Notes under the pieces: model-generated
Told to the model about the DNA's origin: nothing
The model's input: only the letters and a program-made list of their open reading frames with translations
Database searches by the model: none
Position numbers and translations under genes: made by a program
NCBI GenBank assembly: GCA_035873375.1
Contig: JAYWMQ010000017.1
Span: 728-64,727 of the forward strand
Source of the DNA: Nitrospirota bacterium
GTDB lineage: Bacteria > Nitrospirota > Thermodesulfovibrionia > Thermodesulfovibrionales > JdFR-85
Reading direction: 5' to 3'
DNA: 64,000 bases
Part shown: positions 45,803 through 54,735 of the stretch, one piece after another
Layout: every line of letters starts with the position of its first letter
Numbering within the stretch: position 1 is the stretch's first letter

Positions 45803-48724
45803 CTATTCAGATGCCAGTGCTTCACGTACTTTGGCTGAAAGGTCCTTGATCGAAAACGGCTTCTGGATAAAGTGCACTCCTTCTTCCAGTATGCCGCGGT
45901 GGGCGATGGCATTGGCCGTGTATCCAGACATGAACAAACACTTCAGTGAAGGCTTTATGGAACAGAGCTGGTCAGCTAAATGCCGACCGTTCATCTCCGG
46001 CATCACTATATCTGTAATCAGCAAGTGAATGTCTTCCGGATAGGTCTCGATCTGTCGCAGAGCTTCCGCCGGGGTACTGACAGCCAATACCGTATAGCCC
46101 AGCTTTTCAAGCATATGTTTTGCCATTTTCATAATCGTTACCTCATCTTCCACTAACAGAACAGTTTCTGTCCCCTGCTGAACTGTCTCAGGTGCGGGTG
46201 CCGCCGGAACACAGGAAGCTTCTTCGGCAAACCGGCTCAGATAAATCCGGAACGTTGTCCCTTCTCCCGGCTCGCTGTAGACGTTGATAAAGCCCTCATT
46301 CTGCTTTACGATGCCATATACGGTCGCCAGTCCAAGGCCGGTTCCCTTACCATGTTCCTTTGTAGAAAAGAAGGGTTCGAAGATATTGTCCATCGTCTCC
46401 TTGTCCATGCCGCAACCATTATCGCTTACCTCCAGCAGAACAAACTCGCCGGGGATAAATCCGAAATGATCGGCGCAATAGGCCTCATCGAATACGACAT
46501 TCTCTGTTCTGATGATAATCCTTCCAACACCGCTGATAGCGTCCCGGGCATTGACCAATAAATTTGCCAGTATCTGGTCAATCTGTGACGGGTCGATCTT
46601 CACCTTACCAAGATCAGCGCCAGGCTTCCAGATCAGCTCAATATCCTCGCCGATAAGCCGCTGCAACATCTTGAGTATGTCCGTTACCGTATTGTTCAGG
46701 TCGAGCACCCTGGGTGAAATAATCTGCTTTCTGGCAAAGGCCAGCAACTGGCGGGTAAGATCGGCAGAGTGCTGAGCGGCTCTCAGGATTTCCTGAAGGT
46801 AGTCGTGCCGGACGCTGCCTGCTTTGGCAGTCTCCTCTAACGCCATTTCACTGTATCCCATAATCACACTAAGTTGATTGTTGAAATCATGGGCCACACC
46901 TCCGGCCAGTCGGCCCACGGCCTCCATCTTCTGAGCCTGCAGGAGCTGCTGTTCCAGTCTTTTCCGCTCAGTAATGTCAATCAGATAACCCTGGATTTCG
47001 ATAAGATTACCGTTGCTGTCAAATTTCCCAAAGACGTTCTCAATCACCTGGATGGGCTTTCCGTCCACACGCCGCATTTCCAGTTCATGATCAAGCACTT
47101 TCTTGTCTTTGATAAGAAGGTTCAAAAGATCATCACTTGCTTCAGGTGAGGAAAACAGGGTTGTCATATTGTGTTTCCTGGCCTCTTCTACGGATTTAAA
47201 CCCCAGCATCCTGAGAAATGCCGGGTTGCAATCCAGCAGCTCTCCATCTGGAGTCGCAATAAAATCTCCGGTAATGTCATCCATGAAAAAATTACGATAG
47301 CGTCTTTCGCTTTCACGCAATGCACGCCGGGCCTCCCTCTCCTTTGTAACGTCACTGAAAACCAGCACAATGCCTATCAGCTTATCCCTGTTTCCGTTTA
47401 TAGGTGCGGCACTGTCGGCAATTGGATGTTCCGTACCGTCACGGGCTATTAAAAGGACATCCTCGGGCAGCTTAACCATCCCCCCTTTATGGAGAACACT
47501 CTCACCTGGATCGTTCAACACTTTGCGCGTTTTTTCATGGATTATGTGGAACACCTCCCCAAGCGGCTTGCCCCGGGCCTCGGCTTCATTCCAGCCGGTA
47601 AGCTTTTCAGCCACAGGATTCATATGACGAATCCTGCCGAATTTATCCATCGAGATAACCCCGTCACCGATACTGTAAAGGGTAATGCGGAACTCCTCCA
47701 GGATATCATTGTGCTCTTTTTCAGCACTATATAATTTCCGGTAGATTCTTTCACGTTGGTGTCTGTAAATGAATCCGCTTCCTGTACCGGCCAACACTAA
47801 AAGAAGAACCACAATCATCTCGATATAAAGTGAGCGTTCGCGGGCATCAGCCAGAATCTCACTTTTGTCCACCTTGGTAACCAGAAACCAATCCGTATCC
47901 GGCACATGAGAAATATCGGCTACGACCGTTACACCGCGATAGTCTTTGCCATCGAAAATGTCTTCCTGCCCTAAAGCCGACTGAACTGCCGGATTAGTTA
48001 GCCGTGTTAGCGGAAGGCTTTTGGTCAGAGCACTCTGAGGATTGTACCGCAGCTTGTTCAGAAACAGTACCTTTCCATCCTTACTTACAAGCAGCGTTTC
48101 TGAACTCGGGCTCGGGTTCGGCCAGAACTTGATGAACGGATACAGATCTTTTGCCGGATCGAGTTGTAAAACAAGCACTGCAACCGGCTGGCCGGCTGTG
48201 TTGAGAATCGGTGCAGTCACGTCAATATATATAGCACTGTTGGAGGGACTTTGAAAAAAATCACCAAACACAACATCTTCCGTGGTTGCTGCTTTATTAA
48301 CCATTTTTCTTGTAAGGGGACTCAGCCTTGTTACATCAGGATTGAGCGATAATTTTATATTACCATCCAAATCGGCGAGTATAATGTTCTTAAACCCGTC
48401 AAGTTTTCGGGTTAGTTCCCATTCTTTAAGGATTTGATCTTTCAGGCGGGGGTTTTCACTTTCCTGTAGCCATCGCACGGCAGATCCCCTGAATAAAGGA
48501 CTCGATGCATAGACCTGAATGCCAAAGATGGATTTATTACGCCAAGCAACAATCTGATTAATTTTAAGCTGCGCTATGGTTCTCAATTCATGACATTTTG
48601 AGTTGCGAATCATCTGGATCTGTTTCTGGTCGTACCAATAGCCTCCGGCAATGACCCCGATTGCCAGCACTGATACAAAAATAACCCAGAGCCAGGGATC
48701 ACTTTTAAAGTTTGATTTGTTCAT
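45803..48724 (-). CDS. hybrid sensor histidine kinase/response regulator (periplasmic Cache-like domain, two PAS, HisKA, HATPase, receiver)
   Basis: 973 aa. Two TM helices flank a ~270-aa periplasmic domain. H-box HDFNNQLSVI, G-boxes, and a C-terminal receiver (LLVEDE...DIVMPEMNG). Confidence 0.9.
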   Translation of the reverse strand: MNKSNFKSDPWLWVIFVSVLAIGVIAGGYWYDQKQIQMIRNSKCHELRTIAQLKINQIVAWRNKSIFGIQVYASSPLFRGSAVRWLQESENPRLKDQILKEWELTRKLDGFKNIILADLDGNIKLSLNPDVTRLSPLTRKMVNKAATTEDVVFGDFFQSPSNSAIYIDVTAPILNTAGQPVAVLVLQLDPAKDLYPFIKFWPNPSPSSETLLVSKDGKVLFLNKLRYNPQSALTKSLPLTRLTNPAVQSALGQEDIFDGKDYRGVTVVADISHVPDTDWFLVTKVDKSEILADARERSLYIEMIVVLLLVLAGTGSGFIYRHQRERIYRKLYSAEKEHNDILEEFRITLYSIGDGVISMDKFGRIRHMNPVAEKLTGWNEAEARGKPLGEVFHIIHEKTRKVLNDPGESVLHKGGMVKLPEDVLLIARDGTEHPIADSAAPINGNRDKLIGIVLVFSDVTKEREARRALRESERRYRNFFMDDITGDFIATPDGELLDCNPAFLRMLGFKSVEEARKHNMTTLFSSPEASDDLLNLLIKDKKVLDHELEMRRVDGKPIQVIENVFGKFDSNGNLIEIQGYLIDITERKRLEQQLLQAQKMEAVGRLAGGVAHDFNNQLSVIMGYSEMALEETAKAGSVRHDYLQEILRAAQHSADLTRQLLAFARKQIISPRVLDLNNTVTDILKMLQRLIGEDIELIWKPGADLGKVKIDPSQIDQILANLLVNARDAISGVGRIIIRTENVVFDEAYCADHFGFIPGEFVLLEVSDNGCGMDKETMDNIFEPFFSTKEHGKGTGLGLATVYGIVKQNEGFINVYSEPGEGTTFRIYLSRFAEEASCVPAAPAPETVQQGTETVLLVEDEVTIMKMAKHMLEKLGYTVLAVSTPAEALRQIETYPEDIHLLITDIVMPEMNGRHLADQLCSIKPSLKCLFMSGYTANAIAHRGILEEGVHFIQKPFSIKDLSAKVREALASE

Positions 48725-48984
48725 AGGACGCTTCTCTATTTTCAGTTTATGCGAATATCCCGGTTATTTGCGGCGTTGGCAGGTCGCTGTGCCTTTCGGC
48801 CAGGTTCCCCCTCAAGAACCGTACGTGATAGTTTCCCCCCGACTGAACTCCTCCCCCTCCATAAGCTGCCCCTGCGGGACTGCACGATACCAACAGACTT
48901 TTGAGTGATAAACAACCTGTCAAATTTGGCACTTCTGTACCGTTACTTGCGATCTCTTTTTAACCAGCTTGGATGCTTTCTGTA

Positions 48985-49013
48985 AATATAGCAAAAATAA
49001 TGGCAATTAACAA
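48985..49013 (-). promoter_or_regulatory. sigma70-type promoter candidate for the hybrid kinase (implies a ~250-nt leader)
   Basis: Reverse strand reads TTGTTA-N17-TATATT. Confidence 0.4.
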
Positions 49014-49260
49014 GCTTTTTTTGATTTCTTCTCGATTTCATAACAAAATACCCCTCTTTATGTAATATTATCAGGAAACCCGGATAATTGCAAATGTTAC
49101 AGGCACCTTCGGAATTAAGGTGCCGGGACAATGCTGTTTTCGCTAAAAGCGGAAGGTAATCCGCGATGGAGGGAGAAGATTTAAAACTGGAGTCAGCACA
49201 ACATAACAGTCCGGGAAAGCACAAAAAGCACCGAAAAACGGCGGGAACCTGGGGCTGATG

Positions 49261-49299
49261 TTGCCCTGCCCCCGGGCCTGTGTTATAATAAGGTTATAA
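49261..49299 (+). promoter_or_regulatory. sigma70 promoter plus direct-repeat operator of the AbrB/Doc module
   Basis: TTGCCC-N17-TATAAT (49261-49289). GTTATAA is repeated at 49282-49288 and 49293-49299 (11-bp phase), overlapping the -10. Confidence 0.55.
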
Positions 49300-49317
49300 C
49301 AAACACCGGAGGTAGTT

Positions 49318-49566
49318 ATGCACAGAAAGATATGCAAAATAGGGAACAGCCAGGGGGTCTCAATCCCTAATGACCTTCTCGAGAAACTACGCCTTTCTCG
49401 AGGGTCTGAAGTTGATGTAAAGCTGGACGAGGAACATTCCCGCATTATTATTGAACCGGCAAGGATAAAGGAATATCCAGAAGGAATTAACAGGGATTTT
49501 GTTGCACAGGTAAATGATTTCGTCAAAAAATACCGTCCTGCCCTTAAAGAACTTGCCAAAAAGTGA
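49318..49566 (+). CDS. AbrB/MazE/SpoVT-family antitoxin
   Basis: 82 aa. KIGNSQGVSIPNDLLEKL swapped-hairpin motif. GGAGG RBS. Confidence 0.85.
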   Translation: MHRKICKIGNSQGVSIPNDLLEKLRLSRGSEVDVKLDEEHSRIIIEPARIKEYPEGINRDFVAQVNDFVKKYRPALKELAKK

Positions 49567-49958
49567 GATATCTCTCTGCAGAACAGGTACTCTTCATACA
49601 TAGCAGGCTGATTGATGAAACAGGGGGGTCCCATGGTATCAGGGATGTTGGACTTCTTCAGTCAGCTGTGGGACGATCAAAAGCGACATACGACGGAAAG
49701 GACCTTTATCCTGATATCTTTCATAAGGTTGCTGCCCTTATGGAATCCCTCATCAAGAATCATCCATTTGTAGATGGCAACAAAAGGACAGCAATAACGT
49801 CTGCCGGTATTCTTCTTCAGATGAATGGATTCATAATAGAAACAAGTCAAAAGGATCTTGAGCGTTTTACCCTTGGTATGGCACATGGAAAAATCCCTGT
49901 GGAAGACGCAGCAGAATGGTTTAAACGTAATTCATTGAAAATAAAAAAACCGGTTTAG
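49563..49958 (+). CDS. doc: Doc (death-on-curing) Fic-fold toxin
   Basis: 131 aa. The GTG start overlaps the antitoxin stop (GTGA). Fic-like motif HPFVDGNKRTA. Confidence 0.9.
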   Translation: MRYLSAEQVLFIHSRLIDETGGSHGIRDVGLLQSAVGRSKATYDGKDLYPDIFHKVAALMESLIKNHPFVDGNKRTAITSAGILLQMNGFIIETSQKDLERFTLGMAHGKIPVEDAAEWFKRNSLKIKKPV

Positions 49959-50070
49959 TCACGAGTAGCGTTGCCAGTTCAAGACTCAAATCACAATGTC
50001 AATGGGGTCTTTATCACTGTCAAAACAGGACAGAAGAATCGCATAAATTGCTCATGCGACACCTTCAGGA

Positions 50071-51303
50071 TCAGGCACTACCCCATTTTGAAAGTTTCTT
50101 TAAATCAGGCAACGTCCGGCCATTGAAGAAGTCGCAGGCCCTGTAGTACTGGATGTCCTGAATCCATAGTTTCATGTATGCACGGTCCGTCACCATCCGC
50201 TTAAAGAAACCGAGGGGGGATGAGGTGAGGTCCCGGAAGGGGCCAAAAAGTTCAGAGGGATCCCTGAAACACTCCCAGTCGCATTTCCTGCAAACAGGCC
50301 TGCAATCCTTATCTGATAAATCCATCTCCCAGAACTTGCCGAGGCTCTCGTCTCCCCTGTATCCGCACGGATAGGTGTCACCACTGCGGGCATCTATAAA
50401 GAAAAACTCCTCTCCACCCCTGCAGGGATAGCAGTTCCAGTCTCCGGCAGTATATTGCCTTATCAGGCTGAAGAGGGAGCTCCTTGGAGAGAAGATCCTT
50501 ATCCTCGACCTGTAGGCTGGAATAGTATCAAAAAGGGCTTTAAAGAGCAGCGGTTTCTGATGTGCTGCAAACTTCACAACATCATCCTCTGACGTTGCCC
50601 TGTAAACAGCGTCATTATGTACAGGACCGCTGTCACTGCTCATGGGATAACATGCATTTGAAATAGTAAAACCCATATCTATGATAAAGTCAAAAAAGTT
50701 CTTGAATGCCCCCCTGAAATACTCATAAAACTCCACTGCATCCATTTTTCTTCCGGGAAAAAGGCCGTTTATATTTCTGTTTATCCCAAGGTTTGCCGAC
50801 GGGTAAATCCCGTGCTCGTGAAATATGGGCAGGGCCTTTTTAATGCCCTCGATTACCCCCGGTAACCCCCTCATGGATTCGTGAACCTCGGGAACTGCTG
50901 AGTCAATACTTATCCAGAAGGTATAAATCCCGGTTTCAGCAAGTTTTTCTGCAATCCCGGCAATCCTGTCGCGGTATCCCGGGCTGTCATGATCTGCAAA
51001 GAGAAAACCGTTTGTCCCGGTCCTTATATATTTAATGCCGGCATCCCCTGCATACTTTATCATCCTGATTATCTCATCAAAAAAGAGAAAGGGCTCGCCG
51101 CCGGTAAAAGAGATGGCCTGCATCCCCCTCTGTGAGGCAGAATCAATTATCTGTTTTACCACATCAGTAGAGAGTTTTGATCTTGGGAATTTTTCAGAAA
51201 CCCTCATCCCGCACTGCGGACAGCGTGCATTGCAGATATCCGTGTACTGAATAACGAGTTGTCCGGGGATGGTTTTCTTCAAAAGTGTTCCGATTGCGGT
51301 CAT
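50071..51303 (-). CDS. radical SAM protein with a C-terminal Cys-rich (SPASM/twitch-like) region
   Basis: 410 aa. CNARCPQCGM is a CxxxCxxC motif; the GGEP motif is FTGGEPFL. C-terminal Cys residues lie in NCYPCRGG...YPCGY...CRPVCRKCDWEC. Confidence 0.88.
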   Translation of the reverse strand: MTAIGTLLKKTIPGQLVIQYTDICNARCPQCGMRVSEKFPRSKLSTDVVKQIIDSASQRGMQAISFTGGEPFLFFDEIIRMIKYAGDAGIKYIRTGTNGFLFADHDSPGYRDRIAGIAEKLAETGIYTFWISIDSAVPEVHESMRGLPGVIEGIKKALPIFHEHGIYPSANLGINRNINGLFPGRKMDAVEFYEYFRGAFKNFFDFIIDMGFTISNACYPMSSDSGPVHNDAVYRATSEDDVVKFAAHQKPLLFKALFDTIPAYRSRIRIFSPRSSLFSLIRQYTAGDWNCYPCRGGEEFFFIDARSGDTYPCGYRGDESLGKFWEMDLSDKDCRPVCRKCDWECFRDPSELFGPFRDLTSSPLGFFKRMVTDRAYMKLWIQDIQYYRACDFFNGRTLPDLKKLSKWGSA

Positions 51304-53714
51304 TCAACCACGGCCCCGGCAAAGGAATCCCTGAGAATTGTAGAGTACATATCCTTGGGGTGTATGGCCTTGTTCTCGACAAACCGCCTTGCACTCTCAC
51401 CCATGATTCCGGTCTTTTCCCTGTTCATTAAAAAAAGCGCAAGGGCGTCTGCCAACAATGTTTTGTTGTCGGCACTTATAACAATACCTGTTTCATTGTT
51501 TATCATTAACTCCCTTGGCCCCCCCTTGTCAGAAACTATAACCGGCAAACCCGACGCCTGTGCCTCAAGCACTACATTTCCAAAGGTATCGGTTGTACTT
51601 GGAAAGACAAAGACATCTGAAGAGGCATATATTGCAGAGAGTGCTTCTCCTTCAAGAAAACCTGTAAACAAAACAGGATATCCACTCAATCTCTTCTCAA
51701 GTTCAGACCTGTACGGCCCGTCTCCGACCACAACAAGGTCAACACAAAACCCCCGGTTGATCGTCTCAATAAAGGCATCGGCCAGAAGCTCAAGGTTTTT
51801 CTCCTTTGAGATACGCCCAACGTAGAGAAACTTCATCTCTCCGTTCAGACTGTATCTCTGCCACATGGCCTCGTTCCTCTTCTCTGGAGAAAAGACCCCG
51901 GTATCAACCCATCTGGGCAACGGCCTTATCTTTTCAGGGGACAGACCCTTTTCAATAAGTTGATTCTCGGTGCTTTTGGACGGGACGAGCACTTCATCCA
52001 TCTGACTGTAAAACCAGATTATATAGTTCCAGGCAGTGTTTTCAAGAAAGACATCGTCCGTAAGACTCTTTACGTATTGAGGGATATCCGTGTGATACGT
52101 TGCCGAGATCGGGATGTCCATCAACTTTGATACAAGGAGGGCCAGGAGACCAAGGATTCCGGGAGTGCTTGCATGAATCCTGGTAAACCCTTCCTTTTCA
52201 AGAAAATCAACCACATCAAGAATAGGGGGGAAGTGCAGGCGGAGCTCAGGGTATTCCGGAATTGCAAATTCTCCAACAGACTTGAAATTCATTATTCCGT
52301 CCCCTGCCCCTGTCTCCTGATTATTGCATGTAACCACTGTCAGCTCAACACCCCTGGTTTTTGATGTCTCGATCAGCTTCTTTATTGTAATGGCCACGCC
52401 GTTTATTTCATTAATGGTATCTGTAAAGAGCACGGTCTTTTCGCAGCCCCCGGAGCCATTGAGTCCAAACCGTCCCTTTAACCCGCTCATAAGCCTCTTA
52501 CTCCGGTGCTGATGAAAGAATGCGACATAGTATGGCGAGATGAGCAGATGAACCATCCCGATACTGTTTAATAACTGTAGTATCCTGAAAATGCCGTTAC
52601 TGGATGGTATCTTCAGCAACTGATTTGTATAGATGTATATCATCCTGTTTGCAAGATAACTCGTTATCCTGAATATCCTCCTGTTTCTGTCCTCACTGTT
52701 GATGCTCTTCAGAAAGCTCATATCATTAACAAGTCTCTTTGCCTCACGGTCGAGTATCTCCTCAAAACTCCTGTCATCATAAGAGTTATACATCTCAGGG
52801 ATATTCTTTCTTACAAAGAACTTTATCTTGTCGATAAGGGAAACCTTTCCTGAATTCTCGTCAAATAATCTGTTTAACAGATAGTCGATAAACGGGGTCG
52901 CATTCCTGGTCCCTGATTTCAGTCTCTCAGAGTAAAATCTGTAGCCAATACCATATATGCTGTGGGCAAGGGTCAAGGGGTCGCCGTCATCCCCCTCTGC
53001 CCACACACGTTTCTCTCCTATCGAGGCCAGGAAATCATCCAAAGTCCTGCCTTTCCGGGTAACCGTATATGCCCTCGCAATAAAAAATCCGCTATGGTCA
53101 TCAGAGCCCCCAACCGTTGCCTTATGCCAGGAGGTCACACTGCACGGAGATATATCATGCCGGTCCAACAGTCTTTCATAACTATCAGGGTCGAGTGAAG
53201 ATACAACGCTGCTTATCAACGAATTAAATTGCTCCGCCCTTGCACCATTCTTCACCTCAAAGACATCAAACATCATCAGCATCTTCTCAATGACATCCAC
53301 AGTCAGCTTTTCATTCATGTCGTAAAGGGGATGAGAGACAAAATGGACAATGCCCTCCGTCTGGAGATATGCTACAAGTTCGTAAACATTTCTTCCCAGG
53401 GTCATAAGCTCCCTGAAACTGCTCTCGGATACGTCCAGAACGATAACGTGAATCTTGCATCCGTTTTCCGGAAAGTATGCTGTAACCTCAGCACTTATAA
53501 AGACACCGGGCATGTGGGCAATCTCCAGTGCACCATCTATTGTGTTATGGTCTGTTATCGTTACATAGTCCATGCCCATCTTTCTGGCTGTATTGTAAAT
53601 AAAACGGGGCGAGGTAAAACTCTCCGGACAGTTAAGCTTTCTCATTGCCCAGATGGAGGATTTGTTGGAAAAGTTTGAATGCACATGCAGGTCCGATCTA
53701 TAGAGCTGTTTCAT
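51300..53714 (-). CDS. fusion protein: N-terminal PHP-domain phosphoesterase plus C-terminal GT4 (group 1) glycosyltransferase
   Basis: 804 aa. The N-terminus SDLHVHSNFS...ITDHNTIDG...GGSDDHS gives the PHP metal ligands. The C-terminal ~380 aa have a GT-B fold with the EAQASGLPVIVSDKGGPRE motif. There is a 4-nt overlap with the radical SAM gene. Confidence 0.85.
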   Translation of the reverse strand: MKQLYRSDLHVHSNFSNKSSIWAMRKLNCPESFTSPRFIYNTARKMGMDYVTITDHNTIDGALEIAHMPGVFISAEVTAYFPENGCKIHVIVLDVSESSFRELMTLGRNVYELVAYLQTEGIVHFVSHPLYDMNEKLTVDVIEKMLMMFDVFEVKNGARAEQFNSLISSVVSSLDPDSYERLLDRHDISPCSVTSWHKATVGGSDDHSGFFIARAYTVTRKGRTLDDFLASIGEKRVWAEGDDGDPLTLAHSIYGIGYRFYSERLKSGTRNATPFIDYLLNRLFDENSGKVSLIDKIKFFVRKNIPEMYNSYDDRSFEEILDREAKRLVNDMSFLKSINSEDRNRRIFRITSYLANRMIYIYTNQLLKIPSSNGIFRILQLLNSIGMVHLLISPYYVAFFHQHRSKRLMSGLKGRFGLNGSGGCEKTVLFTDTINEINGVAITIKKLIETSKTRGVELTVVTCNNQETGAGDGIMNFKSVGEFAIPEYPELRLHFPPILDVVDFLEKEGFTRIHASTPGILGLLALLVSKLMDIPISATYHTDIPQYVKSLTDDVFLENTAWNYIIWFYSQMDEVLVPSKSTENQLIEKGLSPEKIRPLPRWVDTGVFSPEKRNEAMWQRYSLNGEMKFLYVGRISKEKNLELLADAFIETINRGFCVDLVVVGDGPYRSELEKRLSGYPVLFTGFLEGEALSAIYASSDVFVFPSTTDTFGNVVLEAQASGLPVIVSDKGGPRELMINNETGIVISADNKTLLADALALFLMNREKTGIMGESARRFVENKAIHPKDMYSTILRDSFAGAVVE

Positions 53715-53788
53715 TGTATAATCTCTCCGTTTACCATAGTCACGAAAAGGCCTGGATTTTTATGCATGCGATTACTAGTCATCAGTCC

Positions 53789-53974
53789 TCAACCCGGCGC
53801 TAATTTAGCACCCTGAAGACTCGCTACCTGACCCTGCATATCAGAATAGAAAGGACATTTTCTGTGGTCCTTGTTTTTACAATACTCCAGAAGCTGAAAA
53901 CGGCTCGGCATATAAGGGGTATCTCCAGCCCTGCAGGATGATACTATCCAGTCTCTAAGAAACGGGCATTTCAT
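53789..53974 (-). CDS. 61-aa Cys-rich peptide P1 (first gene of the PHP-GT4 / radical SAM operon)
   Basis: MKCPFLRDWIVSSCRAGDTPYMPSRFQLLEYCKNKDHRKCPFYSDMQGQVASLQGAKLAPG. A strong GGAGGAGGGAAGGA RBS precedes the internal ATG at 53974, while the track start at 54064 lacks one. Confidence 0.55.
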   Translation of the reverse strand: MKCPFLRDWIVSSCRAGDTPYMPSRFQLLEYCKNKDHRKCPFYSDMQGQVASLQGAKLAPG

Positions 53975-54203
53975 TAATCCTTCCCTCCTCCATAAAAAAG
54001 CAGTGTTTTTACCAAACAGCGCGCTTCCAGAAAAAACAGGTCCTTTATTCACCTTCCCAGTCATGGAATTCTCTGAATACCATGACTCTAAGATAGCAGG
54101 TGCATGTTACAGGGGTATTAAAGAAATGTTAATTTTTACCGGATTCAGCAAAAAGCCTTGATCAAGAAAAGGAAGTGATATGATTGACTCTGAACGGATT
54201 TAA

Positions 54204-54242
54204 GTATCACAAAAGATTCACCTGGATGGTGAATCGTGATAC
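54204..54242 (-). terminator. hairpin downstream of the response-regulator gene
   Basis: GTATCAC-AAAA-GATTCACC / GGTGAATC-GTGATAC gives 15 pairs with a 4-nt bulge. The U tract on the minus strand is weak. Confidence 0.45.
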
Positions 54243-54345
54243 TTTCCTCGGAGGAGGGCCGGATGCCCGACGAGAATGAGTGAAGAGTCTGTCATATCGC
54301 TTCCAACAACCATTTACCTCCGGACAACGGATTCGTGCTTTAATT

Positions 54346-54735
54346 TCACGTCTCCCGGCAGGCCGTATCGAGATAAAACCCGACCTTTCTCCTTAGTTCA
54401 AAGACATCCCCCTTACATATATACCCTGCAACCCCGCATTTCAAAGCCGACTTTCTCAGGCTGTCTTCATCATTTGATGAGTAAAACACCACCGGCACAT
54501 TCCTGGTACTGCCGTTAGTACGGAACAGCATGGAGAGTCTGTCACCGGACAGTGCCGGCATATTAATATCGAGCAGCACAAGGTCAGGCTTGAGTTTCAT
54601 CACTGCACTGGTAGAGCCGATCCAGTGATTGTGGGTAACCACCTCATACCCTGCATCCTCCAAAAGCCCTTTTGCAGCAACAAGATGCCTCTCATCATCA
54701 TCTATAACCAGTATCTTTCTTGCAGTTCTTTCCAT
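54346..54735 (-). CDS. single-domain response regulator (CheY-like receiver)
   Basis: 129 aa. ILVIDDD, the phospho-acceptor context VLLDINMP, and a conserved K. Confidence 0.9.
   Translation of the reverse strand: MERTARKILVIDDDERHLVAAKGLLEDAGYEVVTHNHWIGSTSAVMKLKPDLVLLDINMPALSGDRLSMLFRTNGSTRNVPVVFYSSNDEDSLRKSALKCGVAGYICKGDVFELRRKVGFYLDTACRET

Noticed and set aside
48781-48830. SRP (4.5S) RNA-like CCUGGCC-GAAA-GGCACAGCG tetraloop region
   Set aside because: The flanks do not form the long closing hairpin of SRP RNA, and the conserved AGCA/GGAA symmetric-loop pattern is not met.
48781-48900. Cobalamin-riboswitch-like fragments on the minus strand (GACCUGCC..CCAACG resembling a B12 box, and GCAGUCCCGCA)
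   Set aside because: The other core elements (AGGGAA, GGUG.AA..CC, GCCACUG) are absent and the fragments are in the wrong order. I keep the region only as an unassigned leader.
48926-48941. TGGCAC on the plus strand (TTGGCACTTCTGTACC) as a sigma54 promoter
   Set aside because: There is no GC/TTGC element at the -12 position (it reads TACC) and no suitably placed downstream gene.
49200-49265. ykkC/guanidine-like ACGGCGGGA and tmRNA-like 5' GGGGCUGAU strings on the plus strand
   Set aside because: These are isolated short matches. The remaining conserved blocks (UAGGGUUCCG and GGUCCGAGAG for ykkC; tRNA-like 3' end for tmRNA) are missing. The only downstream gene has its own sigma70 promoter after these strings.
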